From contig CAWFJP010000013.1 of the NCBI GenBank assembly GCA_963816145.1, positions 171,734 through 235,733 of the forward strand: a DNA stretch of 64,000 nt, written 5' to 3'. Below, in pieces: positions 10,457 through 22,300 of this stretch; position 1 is the first letter of the stretch; each line of letters starts with the position of its first letter. The DNA is from an uncultured delta proteobacterium (lineage in GTDB: Bacteria > Desulfobacterota > Binatia > UBA9968). The notes under the pieces are model-generated. The model ran no database searches. It was not told the DNA's origin and saw nothing but the letters and a program-made list of their open reading frames with translations. A program made the position numbers and the translations under genes.

Positions 10457-11770
10457 CTAGGCGGTTTTGTTTTCCTCGACTTTGATTTTGACGATGCGCC
10501 GGCCTTCCATGTCGACGATAGTGAGTTTGTAGCCGTTTTGATCGATCCATTCGCCGCCGCGCGGAATTCTTTTCAACCGCGCCAGCATGAGGCCAGCGAG
10601 TGTGTGATAGTCCGGCGATTCTTCGAATGGCAGTGCAAAATCGGTTTTGAGGTCCTTGAGCAGCGCCGAGCCGGCGATCACCATGGAGCCGTCGGGCAGG
10701 CGCTCCACAGGGCCCCGTTCTTCGCGGTCGTATTCGTCGCGGATCTCACCGACGATCTCCTCGACCAGGTCTTCGAGAGTGGCGATGCCTTCGATCTCAC
10801 CGAATTCGTTGACCACCAGGGCCATGGCCAGGCGGCGCCGTTGCAACTGTTTCAACAGTTCGCTGATGGGCAGTGTGCTCGGCACGAAGAATGCGGGATG
10901 CAAATGATCGCGCACGCGAAAGTCGCTATCCTCTTGCAGGGCTTTAAAGACATCTTTGTAGTAAAGAATGCCGATGACTTTGTCCAAGTCGCCGTCGTAG
11001 ACCGGCACACGGGAAAAGCCGCTGTCGACGAAATTTTTCGCCACTTCCGCCAGTGACGCATGCACTTCGAGGGCGTGAATCTCGGTGCGCGGCTTCATGA
11101 CCGCTTTGACCGGGGTATCGGTAAATTCGAAAACACTATGGATGAGTTCCTTTTCGGTCTCGTTGAAGATGCCCTTGGCGGCGCCTTCGCGGATCAACGA
11201 TTTAACTTCATCGGCGGAGATAAAACTGGCGCCGCCGGCGTCTTTGCCGCCAAATAGTTTAAGCACTAAATTGCTTGATCCGGTAAGAAGTTTGACGAAG
11301 ATCGCGCTGGATCGCGCGAGCAGTTCGATGGGCCGGGCGACCGCGCAAGCGATTTGTTCGGAAAATCTCAAGGCGAGGGATTTGGGCACAAGTTCGCCGA
11401 GCACCAGCGAGAAGTAAGAGATCGGCAGGACGACGATGGTCAGTGCCATGGCTTCCGCCCAGCGTGGCGCCCAAGCAAACGGCAAAGCGGCGATCTGCGG
11501 TTTCAAGTAGCCGATGGCGGCGGCGCCGCCGAGCGCCGACGCGAACGAGCTGATGACCGTGACGCCGACCTGGACGGTGGCCAAGAAGCGATCCGGGTCG
11601 GCTTTCAGCCGGGCCACCGCCGCGGCGGATCGGACGCCTTTGTCGAGGAGCGCGTCGATGCGGCTTTTGCGCATGGCGATCATGGCAATCTCCGACGCGG
11701 CGAAGAAGCCGTTGGCGAAAATCAACGCAAGAATCAAAATCGCTTCAAACCAAAAGTTCTCTAGGGTCAT
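10457..11770 (-). CDS. Hemolysin/CNNM family (DUF21-CBS-CorC) transporter
   Basis: NGFFAASEIA, GELVPKSLA, FSRVPVY, EDLVEEIVGEIRDEYD, CorC_HlyC C-terminus. Start taken at MTLENFW. Confidence 0.92.
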   Translation of the reverse strand: MTLENFWFEAILILALIFANGFFAASEIAMIAMRKSRIDALLDKGVRSAAAVARLKADPDRFLATVQVGVTVISSFASALGGAAAIGYLKPQIAALPFAWAPRWAEAMALTIVVLPISYFSLVLGELVPKSLALRFSEQIACAVARPIELLARSSAIFVKLLTGSSNLVLKLFGGKDAGGASFISADEVKSLIREGAAKGIFNETEKELIHSVFEFTDTPVKAVMKPRTEIHALEVHASLAEVAKNFVDSGFSRVPVYDGDLDKVIGILYYKDVFKALQEDSDFRVRDHLHPAFFVPSTLPISELLKQLQRRRLAMALVVNEFGEIEGIATLEDLVEEIVGEIRDEYDREERGPVERLPDGSMVIAGSALLKDLKTDFALPFEESPDYHTLAGLMLARLKRIPRGGEWIDQNGYKLTIVDMEGRRIVKIKVEENKTA

Positions 11771-11975
11771 CGGTGGCGTCTCCTCATTGGCTTCGCATCG
11801 CTGAACGAAGCGCAAATCAGGGTGGCGATACTAGCAAATCGACCGGTATTGGCGTGGCCGCGGGCTGCGAGTGGGCATGGAGGTTGACAAGAATTCTAGC
11901 GGCCCGCTCGGAAAAGGCAAGGGGGCGATTTACGCTGTGATCACTTTCAAGTAGGATCGCCCTAGGGAGTATTTC

Positions 11976-14234
11976 TTGGCGGATAAACAGAACGAACTCA
12001 CGTCCATCCAAGGCACTATCAGCCGGATCACTTATCAGCATCCCGAGAGCCACTACACGGTGGCGCGCCTGGACGAAGACGGCGGACCGGCGGCGACCGT
12101 GGTCGGCGTGCTGTATCCTGTTTCCGAAGGCGAAGAGATTAAAGTCACCGGCGTCTGGAAGCGCCATCCGCGGTACGGCCTGCAATTTCAGGTCGACCAT
12201 TGGACCAAGGTCGATCCGGCGACTCTTGAAGGGATCGAAAAATACTTAGGCTCGGGCATGATCAAGGGCATCGGGCCGACGTACGCCAAGCGTTTGGTCG
12301 GTGCCTTCGGTCTCGAAACGCTGCGGGTGTTATCCGACGAACCGCTGCGGATTCTCGATGTCGAAGGCATCGGCGAAGTGCGGGCGCGTCGGATCATGGA
12401 GGCGTGGCAATCCCAGCGCGGCATGCAGGATGTCATGGTGTTTCTCCAGGGCCATGGCGTCGGCGCTTCCCTGGCACTGCGCATCTATCGGGTTTACGGC
12501 GCAGGTACGGTTGCACAGGTGAGAGAAAATCCCTATGCGCTGGCCCAGCAGGTGCACGGCATCGGCTTTCTGCTTGCCGACCGGCTCGCCGGCCATATCG
12601 GTATTCGCGGCGATTTCCCGTTGCGGGTGCAAGCCGGCGTTCTGCATGTTTTGCGCGAATCCGCGGAACGCGGCCATTGCTATCTGCCTTTAGGCGCGTT
12701 GGCTAAAAGCGCTTGCCAACTGCTCGAAGTCGACGATGAGCGCGTTGACATAGCAGTCGAGAAACTCGCCGAGCGCGGCGAGGTGGTTTTGCAGAGCGCG
12801 CGCGATCCGCACCTCACGCGCTTGTATCTGGCGAATTTGTTCGAGGCCGAAAACCGCGTGGCCCAGGCAATTGCCCGGCTTCTGACCACGCCGTCGTTTC
12901 TCCAAGGCGAGCGGCGGCCACGACCTTGGGAGAAAGATCAGCAGGTCAGCCGCGGCGCCATCGATCTGTTGAGCGGTGCGTTGTTCTCCGATTTGCCGAT
13001 CACCCTCGATGAAGATCAGGTCAATGCGGCGCGGCGCGCTTTGCAAGAGAAGGTCTTCGTCATCACCGGCGGGCCGGGAACGGGTAAAACAACCTTGCTG
13101 ATGTCTCTGCTGGCGATCCTGCGGCGCGCCAAAGTAACCTTCGCGCTGGCCGCGCCAACCGGGCGGGCGGCAAAACGGATGACCGAAAGCACCGGCGAAG
13201 AGGCGGCCACGCTGCACCGCCTGCTCGAATACACGCCGCGCGAAGGCGGATTCCAGCGCAACGCCGATAACCCGCTGCAGGTCGATGTCATCATCGTCGA
13301 CGAAGCCTCGATGGTCGATATTGCGCTGATGGATCATTTGCTAGCGGCCATCGAACCGCACACTCATTTGATTCTAGTGGGTGACGTGGATCAGCTCCCC
13401 TCGGTGGGGCCGGGCAGCGTGCTCAAGGACTTGATCGACTCGCAGTCGGTGCCGGTGGCGATCCTGCGGCGCATCTTTCGCCAGGACCAACAAAGTTTGA
13501 TCGTGGTCAATGCGCACCGAATCCTCCAGGGACAAAATCTGCAGTTCTCCGATGCGCGCGAGCGGCGCGACTTCGATTTCATCGCCCGCGAGAGCGAGGA
13601 AGACATACTTGAGACGATCAAGGAACTGTTGCGCGAGCGCATCCCGCAATGGCTCGGCGTTCAGCCGGAGGATATCGTCCAGTCGGTGCAACTCCTGACG
13701 CCGATGCATCGCGGTTTGCTCGGTACGATTCAACTCAATCGCGATCTGCAAACGCTGTTCAATCCAATCGGCCAAGCGATCGAGCGGGGCGGCATGACTT
13801 TGCGCGTGCGCGACAAGGTCATGCAATTGCGCAACAACTACGATAAAGGGGTTTTCAACGGCGATCTCGGACGAATCGTCTCGATCGACCGCGAGGATGG
13901 CAAGATTCGCGTCGATTACGACGAGCGGGTGGTCGAATACGAGGCCGATGAGTGGGATGAGATAAGTTTGGCCTACGCGACCTCGATCCATAAGAGCCAG
14001 GGCAGCGAATATCCCGTGGTGATCTTACCGCTGCACACCTCGCACTACATCATGCTTTACCGCAGCATTCTCTACACCGCAGTGACGCGCGGCAAGAAAC
14101 TCGTCATCGTCGTCGGCAGCCACAAGGCGCTCGGCATGGCGATCCGCAACGTCAGAGTGGAGATTCGCAACACCGGGCTCAAAGAAAGGCTGATTGCGGC
14201 GCTAGAGGATAATCGTCATTGGCGGTTAATTTGA
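11976..14234 (+). CDS. recD2: ATP-dependent RecD-like DNA helicase (RecD2)
   Basis: YLGSGMIKGIG HhH, TGGPGTGKT, APTGRAAKR, VDEASM, GDVDQLPSVG, HKSQGSE, YTAVTRG; TTG start. Confidence 0.93.
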   Translation: MADKQNELTSIQGTISRITYQHPESHYTVARLDEDGGPAATVVGVLYPVSEGEEIKVTGVWKRHPRYGLQFQVDHWTKVDPATLEGIEKYLGSGMIKGIGPTYAKRLVGAFGLETLRVLSDEPLRILDVEGIGEVRARRIMEAWQSQRGMQDVMVFLQGHGVGASLALRIYRVYGAGTVAQVRENPYALAQQVHGIGFLLADRLAGHIGIRGDFPLRVQAGVLHVLRESAERGHCYLPLGALAKSACQLLEVDDERVDIAVEKLAERGEVVLQSARDPHLTRLYLANLFEAENRVAQAIARLLTTPSFLQGERRPRPWEKDQQVSRGAIDLLSGALFSDLPITLDEDQVNAARRALQEKVFVITGGPGTGKTTLLMSLLAILRRAKVTFALAAPTGRAAKRMTESTGEEAATLHRLLEYTPREGGFQRNADNPLQVDVIIVDEASMVDIALMDHLLAAIEPHTHLILVGDVDQLPSVGPGSVLKDLIDSQSVPVAILRRIFRQDQQSLIVVNAHRILQGQNLQFSDARERRDFDFIARESEEDILETIKELLRERIPQWLGVQPEDIVQSVQLLTPMHRGLLGTIQLNRDLQTLFNPIGQAIERGGMTLRVRDKVMQLRNNYDKGVFNGDLGRIVSIDREDGKIRVDYDERVVEYEADEWDEISLAYATSIHKSQGSEYPVVILPLHTSHYIMLYRSILYTAVTRGKKLVIVVGSHKALGMAIRNVRVEIRNTGLKERLIAALEDNRHWRLI

Positions 14235-14934
14235 ACTGAACAATCGGCCCAGTCGGTTGTCGGTATGATGAATTCCCATCTTTTTTAAGCAGGCCCAAAT
14301 CGTCGCTTGATTGCTATTGATCACCGGTTTAGCCAAATCGCGCTCCAAGTCGGCGATCGTTTCGATCATGCGGGTATTCGTACAGCTCAAGAAATAGCCG
14401 TCGGCATCGGCGCGCAGATTCTCTTTGACGACTTTTTTCCATTCCTCAGGCGTGATCGTGGAATAGGCTTGTGATTCCAACGCCAGCCCTTTCTCGTGCA
14501 ACACGGTGTAGCCGGTCTCACTCAGATAATTCACTTCGAGCTGATTGGTGGCCTGCACATAAGGGCTGATCAGCACGAGTTTCTTGATGCCGACGCGGTC
14601 GAACGCCTGGGTCAGAGCCTGGGCGGTGGTGATGGTCGGACAGCCGCTGGCTTGCTCGATGATATCGACGATCGCCTTTTCGTGCGCCAAGCCGCTCTCC
14701 ATCGAGTTCGCCGTGCAGTGAAACACGATGACGCTCGGTTTGATGTCGGAGAGCGCTTCGGCGGCCTCGAATCAATTCCGGCTTCAATATTTCGAGCGGC
14801 TTGCGATGTTTCCCCGCCATGCGCAAGCGCGTGACATAGGCCTCGACGCCGCTCGGCAGATAAGCGTGAAACTGCGGTTCGGTGAGCCGGTTGGCCGACG
14901 GAATGATTAAGCCGATGCTCGGTGGAGTTGCCAT
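14226..14934 (-). pseudogene. Maleate cis-trans isomerase/Asp-Glu racemase family protein with one frameshift (possibly a sequencing error)
   Basis: N-terminus IGLIIPSAN in one frame, FHCTANS and FLSCTN in another; removing one base near 14770 restores ...PELIEAAEALSD... Confidence 0.8.
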
Positions 14935-15111
14935 GAAAAATTCTCCTAATGGAATTTGGCGAACTGGTTTATGGTTCTCGGAATACGACCGACTATTTCA
15001 CGGTGACCCCAGGGGTTGTCAAGGCCAGGGTCGTCTCTCAGGCGACCCTAGTCTTGCGGCGAAAAGCAAATTTATGCTAGGTGCGGGAATGCTGATGCCA
15101 AAAGACATTGC

Positions 15112-15669
15112 ATGACTCCGCAAGAACAATCTCTCATCACCGGTTGCATTCGCGGCGACAAAGCGGCGTGGGATGCTTTCGTGCAACAATATTCCCCTCT
15201 TGTTTATCACACGATTCGAAAGACCTTCGTCACCTATCACGCTGAATCGACCTCGGATTTGGTCGACGACCTGTTTCAAGATTTTTTTCTCGCCATCGTT
15301 GCCGACGAGTTCAAAAAATTGCGGCAGTTCCGCGGCGATAACGGCTGCACGCTGGCAAGCTGGCTCCGGATGGTCGCCGCTCGTTTGACAATCGACGAGC
15401 TGCGAAAGCGGGTCACTTCACGTGCCGACGCACCGCTCGAATTGGCGCAACCCGATGACACAGACTGCGCGGCGATAACGGACGAACAGCTAAATGCGCT
15501 TAGCCAAGCGATCGAGTCGCTGCCGCCAAAAGACCGGCTGCTGATTCAATTTTGCTTTCGCCAAAACCTTTCCCCGCCAGATGTTGCGAAGCTGCTAAAG
15601 ACATCGGTCCCTGCAGTCTACACCCAGAAAAGCCGCATTCTCAGCAAACTCCGCGCGATACTTAAATAA
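15112..15669 (+). CDS. ECF-type sigma-70 factor
   Basis: GDKAAWDAFV...DDLFQDFF (region 2), LASWLRMVA, region 4 LPPKDRLLI...VAKLL...VYTQKSR. Confidence 0.9.
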   Translation: MTPQEQSLITGCIRGDKAAWDAFVQQYSPLVYHTIRKTFVTYHAESTSDLVDDLFQDFFLAIVADEFKKLRQFRGDNGCTLASWLRMVAARLTIDELRKRVTSRADAPLELAQPDDTDCAAITDEQLNALSQAIESLPPKDRLLIQFCFRQNLSPPDVAKLLKTSVPAVYTQKSRILSKLRAILK

Positions 15670-15681
15670 GTTACCGTCTCG

Positions 15682-15710
15682 GTAAGATTTTCGCGTCTAT
15701 CCGTCTATTT
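15682..15710 (+). promoter_or_regulatory. Putative ECF promoter GTAAGA-N14-CGTCTATTT
   Basis: Lies just after the sigma stop codon; same bipartite motif recurs at 19171; CGTC is a common ECF -10 element. Confidence 0.6.
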
Positions 15711-15919
15711 CCACAGTCGAGCTGTACAAACCTTTTGTCGGCTTTTGTGATCGTGCGTTTGTTCCAACGCGCATGATGGAAGAGGGCAGAACAAGAAGCC
15801 TCCGATTTTTGGTGGTGAATCATGAGAGTTTAGCCTGACTCAAGACTTGGCCGCGCGCGGCTCCTGCGAATCGAAATATCGAGAATGGGCAGAGCAACGT
15901 CGGGAAAGGATGATTTAGT

Positions 15920-16543
15920 ATGAAGCGTCTTTTGATGTTGATGCTCTTGGTTGGACTGTTAGGCAGTGAGGCTTTAGCTCAGGAGTCCGCCCCGGCACCT
16001 GTGTTTAAAGACGGCGATACCTGGCGAATCAATATTTCACGGATGGGCCAGGTCAGCAGTACGACGGATCAAAACGAAGGTATCTATGAGCTGGTTTTCA
16101 CCCAAGGCAAAGTAAAGGTGTTTGCGGTGGATGGCGATCAGAAAAAGGAGTTGGAAATCCAGCCGGACAGCACCGCGGAGACATTGTTGGGCGTAGTCGG
16201 CAAGAGTGAGCGGCGTCCGGATCTCAAATTCCCGCTCACGATGGGAAAAAAATGGGATTATCAGTTCATCAATAAACCAGCGGGTGCTCGTCAAGAGCAG
16301 CGCAGGGCGGTTGAAGTCGCCGTTGTCGGACAGGAGCAAATAACGGTGCCGGCCGGCTCATTCAAGGTATTTAAGCTGGTCAGAACCGAACAGTGGTCTG
16401 TTGGTCGGACTGGCGTAAACACCAGCACATCGACGTTCTATTATAGCCCGGAGACCAAGAGTATCGTTAAACGCATCACCGAGAGCTCCAACAATCCGGG
16501 TATCTTGACAAATGATCTGTTGAAATTCACGCCGGGAAGCTAG
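15920..16543 (+). CDS. Exported hypothetical protein (beta-rich)
   Basis: Signal peptide MKRLLMLMLLVGLLGSEALA; EQITVPAGSFKVFK motif and FYYSP C-terminal motif. Confidence 0.82.
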   Translation: MKRLLMLMLLVGLLGSEALAQESAPAPVFKDGDTWRINISRMGQVSSTTDQNEGIYELVFTQGKVKVFAVDGDQKKELEIQPDSTAETLLGVVGKSERRPDLKFPLTMGKKWDYQFINKPAGARQEQRRAVEVAVVGQEQITVPAGSFKVFKLVRTEQWSVGRTGVNTSTSTFYYSPETKSIVKRITESSNNPGILTNDLLKFTPGS

Positions 16544-16561
16544 AATCGAGAAAGGAAAAAA

Positions 16562-18898
16562 ATGATCTATAAACGCTGGTTACCTGGCCGACGAGTCACC
16601 AAGTTGATCGTGGCAGCGGCTCTATTAGTTTTAACCCCATACGGTTTGACCAGCGCCGCTTACGGCGCTTCGCCAATCATATCGAACGAAAGAGTTCAGC
16701 TTAGAACCCTGGCCGATGGAACCGTTGGCGTAGTTATCTCTGCTACGGTTGAGGACGCCGATGGGATTGCCTCACTCAAGGTCGCCATCGAGCGGCCGGG
16801 CGTGTTTGGCCCTTTTCCCCTTCAGTCAGGCCTGTATCTTTCACCAGGTGACACCCCAACGCTGGATGGCTTTAGCGTCACAATCGGTCCTGAGTTTATC
16901 CCCGCAGCACAAAGGGCGGGCAACTACCTCATAACTGTGAACGACGGCGTCACGACAGTTTCAACGACGGTGACGCTGCCCGCCGGGCTTGTTGAACTTC
17001 CCGCGGGCGGGCCAACCGGTGTTGATACGAGCACGGGGCTACTCCGCCCTACCATCTCGATTCCTCCCATTCCTGGGGCGGCAAGCTATCGGATTTCGAT
17101 CCAGAACGACTCCGATTCGACTATTCAGAGCTTCGATGGGGTGGCGGGTGCCGACCTATCGCCGGTACCAAGCATACGGGTTGGAAGCAACATTCTCGAA
17201 GCGGGGAAATTTTACCGATTCAACATTGATGCATTTGACGCCTCGCAGGTCGCTCTGTCTGACCGCCGGAGCGAAAGCGCGGATATCTGTTACGATCCAG
17301 CCACCGGTAATACCAACATCCCCTGCATTGTTCAGAGGGACGTGCACCTTGTTACTCAAGTCGACGGCAGCGCAGTGATCCAGGCGCTTGGCGGTGTGCT
17401 GGACCGGGACGATCTGGAGTCTCTCAAGAACCCGTGCAAGTGGTTGACGGATCAAACCGGAACGAATCTGTGCCTAACGATGCCCGCCCCTCCACCGCCT
17501 CCCTTTACCGTTACGCGTGGGGCATTCGGGCCGTTCGCGCTCACGGCGAGCCCGTTGATCACTTTGGACCTTGATTCAGCGGTGAGAGATAATTTTACGA
17601 GCGCGCGAAACCCGCTCGATGCGACTGAAATTCCCGTGGACCAAAGGGCTGGGGATTATATTTTCAGGGCGCAAGACTCGACCGGTAACGTCGTTACCGC
17701 AACACGAGCATTCCCGGCAGGTCTAGTACCTATGCCCCCCGCCGGTCCTGTGACGATCGATACTTCATCGGGGGTGTTCACTCCGACTGTAAGTATGCCA
17801 CCCGTTCCAGGGGCGACGCATTACAGAGTGATCGTTTTCAACGACACGGATTCCTTTCGTATTAACTTCGACAACCTCCCGGGTGGCACATTATCCGAGT
17901 CACCCACGATGAAGTTGTTCGAAGGCGTCATCGAACCAAATAAGGCCTATCGAATTCACATGGACGCGTTCAACGCCGCGACCTTCCAAACAAGCACTGT
18001 ACGCAGCCGCAGTGGATCTCAAGTCTATGACCCGTCCAACCTCGATGCCGACGGTGACGGCATTCAAAGCACCATCGACGGTCTGTTCGCGGGCGGGTTT
18101 GTCGATCAAAGCGCCGCTCCGTCAAGCAATTTTACAAATCAACATCTAGGGGGAACTGTTTCCGGTTCTATTATCGACCGCGCGGATTTAAAAGTCGTGG
18201 TCGTCGCTCCCACGGACCCTGCCAACGGGTTGAGACTAGGGGCCACCGGCGGCTCGGGAACCGCGACGGTCAACGCTTGTTTGCCGACAGTCGATATAAG
18301 ACTCCGGGACCGGTCGTCCGCAGCCATCGACTGCGGATCGCTCGAAGTCGACGTGCTCGAAGGGGTGGTCGAACTCCGACTGGGTAACGGCAGCGTTGTG
18401 ACCGCACCCGCGGGCGCGGCATTGACGATCAACGAGCCGTCCCCTGGGCAATATTCCGTCGAAAATCTAGCGTTGAGTTTTGTTCCCGTGACGCTGACAG
18501 TTCAAGGAGTATCGATCCCGGTCAACCCCGGGACCGCTTCGGTATCGATCGTCGACGCGAAAATCGAAATCAGCCCCTTGCTGCCCAATATTATATTCCC
18601 AAAATTTAAACTACCCGTGTTTGTCGCCATTTTTTCCGGCATTGGTTTCAACGCGCCGGTAGAAGTCGATCAGTCCACTGTCACGTTCGGCAGGACTGGG
18701 TTGGAGGCCAAGTCAAAACAATGCTGGAAGTTGGACCTGAACCGAGATCGCAAGACCGATCTGCTGTGCGCTTTCGCTACTCAGGAAAGCGGCTTTCAGT
18801 CTGGCGACAAGGTTGGTCTACTCAGAGGTAAGACCTTTGCTGGCAAACTGATTCAGGGTAGTGATCGCGTTAAAATCATCTCGGGAATCAGAAAATAA
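16562..18898 (+). CDS. Exported 778-aa protein with an internal duplication and a DxNxD-containing C-terminal domain
   Basis: Signal peptide; two similar ~230-aa beta-rich halves; DADGDG and DLNRDRKTDL putative Ca-binding loops. Confidence 0.82.
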   Translation: MIYKRWLPGRRVTKLIVAAALLVLTPYGLTSAAYGASPIISNERVQLRTLADGTVGVVISATVEDADGIASLKVAIERPGVFGPFPLQSGLYLSPGDTPTLDGFSVTIGPEFIPAAQRAGNYLITVNDGVTTVSTTVTLPAGLVELPAGGPTGVDTSTGLLRPTISIPPIPGAASYRISIQNDSDSTIQSFDGVAGADLSPVPSIRVGSNILEAGKFYRFNIDAFDASQVALSDRRSESADICYDPATGNTNIPCIVQRDVHLVTQVDGSAVIQALGGVLDRDDLESLKNPCKWLTDQTGTNLCLTMPAPPPPPFTVTRGAFGPFALTASPLITLDLDSAVRDNFTSARNPLDATEIPVDQRAGDYIFRAQDSTGNVVTATRAFPAGLVPMPPAGPVTIDTSSGVFTPTVSMPPVPGATHYRVIVFNDTDSFRINFDNLPGGTLSESPTMKLFEGVIEPNKAYRIHMDAFNAATFQTSTVRSRSGSQVYDPSNLDADGDGIQSTIDGLFAGGFVDQSAAPSSNFTNQHLGGTVSGSIIDRADLKVVVVAPTDPANGLRLGATGGSGTATVNACLPTVDIRLRDRSSAAIDCGSLEVDVLEGVVELRLGNGSVVTAPAGAALTINEPSPGQYSVENLALSFVPVTLTVQGVSIPVNPGTASVSIVDAKIEISPLLPNIIFPKFKLPVFVAIFSGIGFNAPVEVDQSTVTFGRTGLEAKSKQCWKLDLNRDRKTDLLCAFATQESGFQSGDKVGLLRGKTFAGKLIQGSDRVKIISGIRK

Positions 18899-19170
18899 TC
18901 AAGCCTTTTGACCCTCGGATGCTCGGTGTCAGGGCTCTGGTTCGGAGTTCCTGGCACCGTGGGGTTTCTGTCCTGTGTTTAGGAATTGAGAAAGAAGTTG
19001 GTCGTTGCTCGACTCGCCATCGATCTTGTCACGAAGCGGCTCAATCTCCGTTTTTTTCGTTAGGCGTGGCGTATATCTCACAACAAGAGAATCCTGCCAC
19101 CCTTAGGCCGTAAATCAGCGCGATTATGTGCTGCTCGGTTGCGCGACATCATAAAAGCGGCTCAGCTCGT

Positions 19171-19200
19171 GTAAGAAACCGCGACCACTCCCGTCTATTT
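19171..19200 (+). promoter_or_regulatory. Putative ECF promoter GTAAGA-N15-CGTCTATTT
   Basis: Second copy of the 15682 motif, ~180 bp upstream of the giant exported gene. Confidence 0.6.
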
Positions 19201-19380
19201 TCCCAAAGCGGCGATCTCATAGGGTCGTAGTGTGTTCAGAATCCGTGCGGGATCTTCCCGGATTCTTTGCGTAGCCGAGAATCTCGTCATGGCACGGACT
19301 GTCCATTGCGGAGTGAAGACTAGAGCCAGCTGGATGTGCGAAGTGATTTCCAAATAGGTTTGGTAATAGAGGAAAGCTCC

Positions 19381-22300
19381 ATGAACAGAAAACAAAGTCC
19401 ACTTCACATGTTACAGCCAGTCTTCAGTCTGCTGCTTGTTTTGTTCGCCGCCGGCACGGCGGCAGCGCAGACGATCGAGATCGTCAAGGACTTTATCGGC
19501 TACGGCACGCGGCCGCAGGCCCCGTTGATCCTCGGCAGCGATGGTTTCTTGTATGGGACGACGTATCAAGGCGGCGCGGGCGGAAGCTCTACCGGCAACG
19601 GCACGGTTTTCAAAGTTGCCACCGATGGGAGCGGCTATCAGATCATCAAGCATTTTCGGTGCACTGTTGGGGACGATGGCTGTTTGCCGCTGGCGGGACT
19701 AGTTCAATTGAGTGACGGGTTTCTGTACGGCACGACGAGCAGCAGTGCTGTCACCGGGGGCTCCAACCCTGCGGGGACCATCTTTAAGGTGGCACCGGAT
19801 GGCAGCGGTTATCAAGTTCTAAAAGCGTTTACTATTTCTGGATCAGATGGCAAAGAGCCGCGTGCAGGATTGATTCTCGGCACCGACGGATTTCTTTACG
19901 GAACCACGTACGCAGGCGGTGTGAACGGGGGCGGGACAGTTTTTAAGATTGCCCCAAATGGCGGGATTTTTCAGGTCATCAAGGCCTTTCAATGTGGCAA
20001 CAACGCCGGGAATGCCTGTAATCCTCAAGCCACGCTGCTGCAATTGAGCGACAATTTCTTGTATGGCACGACCAATCTCGGCGGTGCGAACGATCAGGGC
20101 ACGGTCTTTCGAATCTCGATGGATGGCAGCGTATTTGAAATCTTACATTCTTTCGAGTGTGGTAATCTGCCGGCCAACGGTTGCAACCCGCAGGCCGAGT
20201 TGACGCTACATACCGGCCTTCTGTACGGCACGACCAACCTCGGTGGCGCGAATAACCAAGGTACAATTTTTACGATTGGAACGGACGGTACCGGATTCCG
20301 GGTTATCCGGTCGCTTTCCTGTGGCAACGCGAGCGGGGGATGTAATCCGAGCGCTGGGCTAATCCGATTGGGCAATGGATTTTTTTATGGCACGGCTTCA
20401 GCCGGCGGCGCAAACAATTCCGGTACGGTTTTCGCGATCACACCTGATGGTCTGACGTTTTCGGCGATTAAGTCGTTTCAGGCCGGTTCCATAGTCGATA
20501 ATGGTTATCAACCAAGAGCCGCTCTTGTCGCGCTAACGGACACCTTTTTGTATGGGACGACAACATTCGGAGGCGCGCATAACGAAGGTGCTGTCTTTAA
20601 GGTCGGGGCGGACGGGAGTGGCTTTACTGTGCTCTTATCGGGAGGTTGCGATCCGACGAACGGCTGCGAACCACTGGCTCCTTTATCCCAGGCCATGGAT
20701 GGAAACCTCTACGGCACGACGCTTTACGGTGGCGGTGTCCTGCCGTCTGACACAGCCGGTGGAACTGTGTTCAAGATCGCGCCTGACGGTACGGGGCATA
20801 CCCATCTCAGATCACTTAGCAGTATCAATCCCGCGCTTGCGCAACCTACGGGTGGTTTACTTCAGTTGAGCGATAGTTTTCTCTACGGCACGACTCGGAT
20901 CGGTGGCGCAAATAACGCTGGAGCGGTCTATCGAATTTTGCCGGACGGCGCGAGTTTCCAAATCGTCAGATCATTCACGTCCGCCGAGAGTTTCGAGCCC
21001 ACGGGTCGACTAGTCCTCGGTAGCAATGGATTTTTGTTCGGCGTGACGACTCGTAGTGGTTCGGTCTTTTGGGTTCGGCCGGACGGGTTAGGGGCCTCGC
21101 AATTCGTTGTGGGCTCCAGCGGCAATTCGCCCTTTAGCGGCATGAATCTAATTCGTCTAAGCGATGGTTTCTTGTATGGCACGACGACCGGAACTATTTT
21201 CAAGATCGACGAAAATCTGGCCAATTTTCAGGTCATCAAGACTTTCACCGGTGGCGTTAACGACGGCGGTCGTGCCGAGGCAGGATTGACGCTTGGCTCT
21301 GACGGTTTCCTTTATGGCGTCACGGTAACTGGCGGCGCGAATAACGGGGGCACGATCTTTAGAATCGCGCCCGACGGTAACGGATTCGAAATCATCAAGT
21401 CGCTTCAGTGCGGCGTCGCCAACAACCCATGTTCCCCTCGAGCCGAGTTGCTTCAGCTCAGCGACGGTTTCTTGTACGGCACCAGTGTAGCCGGCGGCGA
21501 GTTTGGTCGAGGGACTTTATTTAAGATCAGGCCCAACGGCTCGGATTTTAGCGTTATCGACTCTTTCGACTGCGACGGTAACGATGGCTGCGATCCCGAA
21601 GCTGGATTGATACTGGCAAGCAACGGATACGTTTACGGGACGACACGGCGCGGCGGTTTGTACGGCAAGGGTACGATCTTCCGATTTGCGCCTGATAGCA
21701 CGGCGCCGGATACGACGATCAATTCTGGTCCCGCCAATCCGAGCAACAGTACAAGTGCGACGTTTATTTTCACGGCGACGGAAGCAAATAGCACGTTTGC
21801 TTGCAGCCTCGACGGCGCGGCTTTTACTGCGTGCACGAGTCCAAAGACTTATGTCGGTCTTATCGATGGCGCCCATAGCTTCCAGGTGCGAGCAACGGAT
21901 CTGTTCGGGAACACGGACGCAACTCCTGCCGGGTTTAACTGGACCATCGACATCATCCCGCCGGAGACTACGATCACAGTGGCGCCCGCGGCGACAACGA
22001 CGAGCACGAGCGCGGGTTTCGAGTTTACCGCGACAGAACCCGCTACCTTCGCATGCAGCCTCAACGGCGCGGCGTTTTCAAACTGCGCCACGCCGCAGAA
22101 TTACACCGGACTGGCCATTGGCCCGCATACCTTCCTGGTCCGCGCGATCGACGCGGCCGGCAACTTCGACACCACACCCGCGGGGCACAGTTGGACGATC
22201 AACGCGCTTGATGTAACGCCGCCGGATACGACCATTACGTCCGCCCCGCCGGCGTTAACTAACAATACAAGTGCCACCTTCGAGTTTAGTTCGACCGAGG

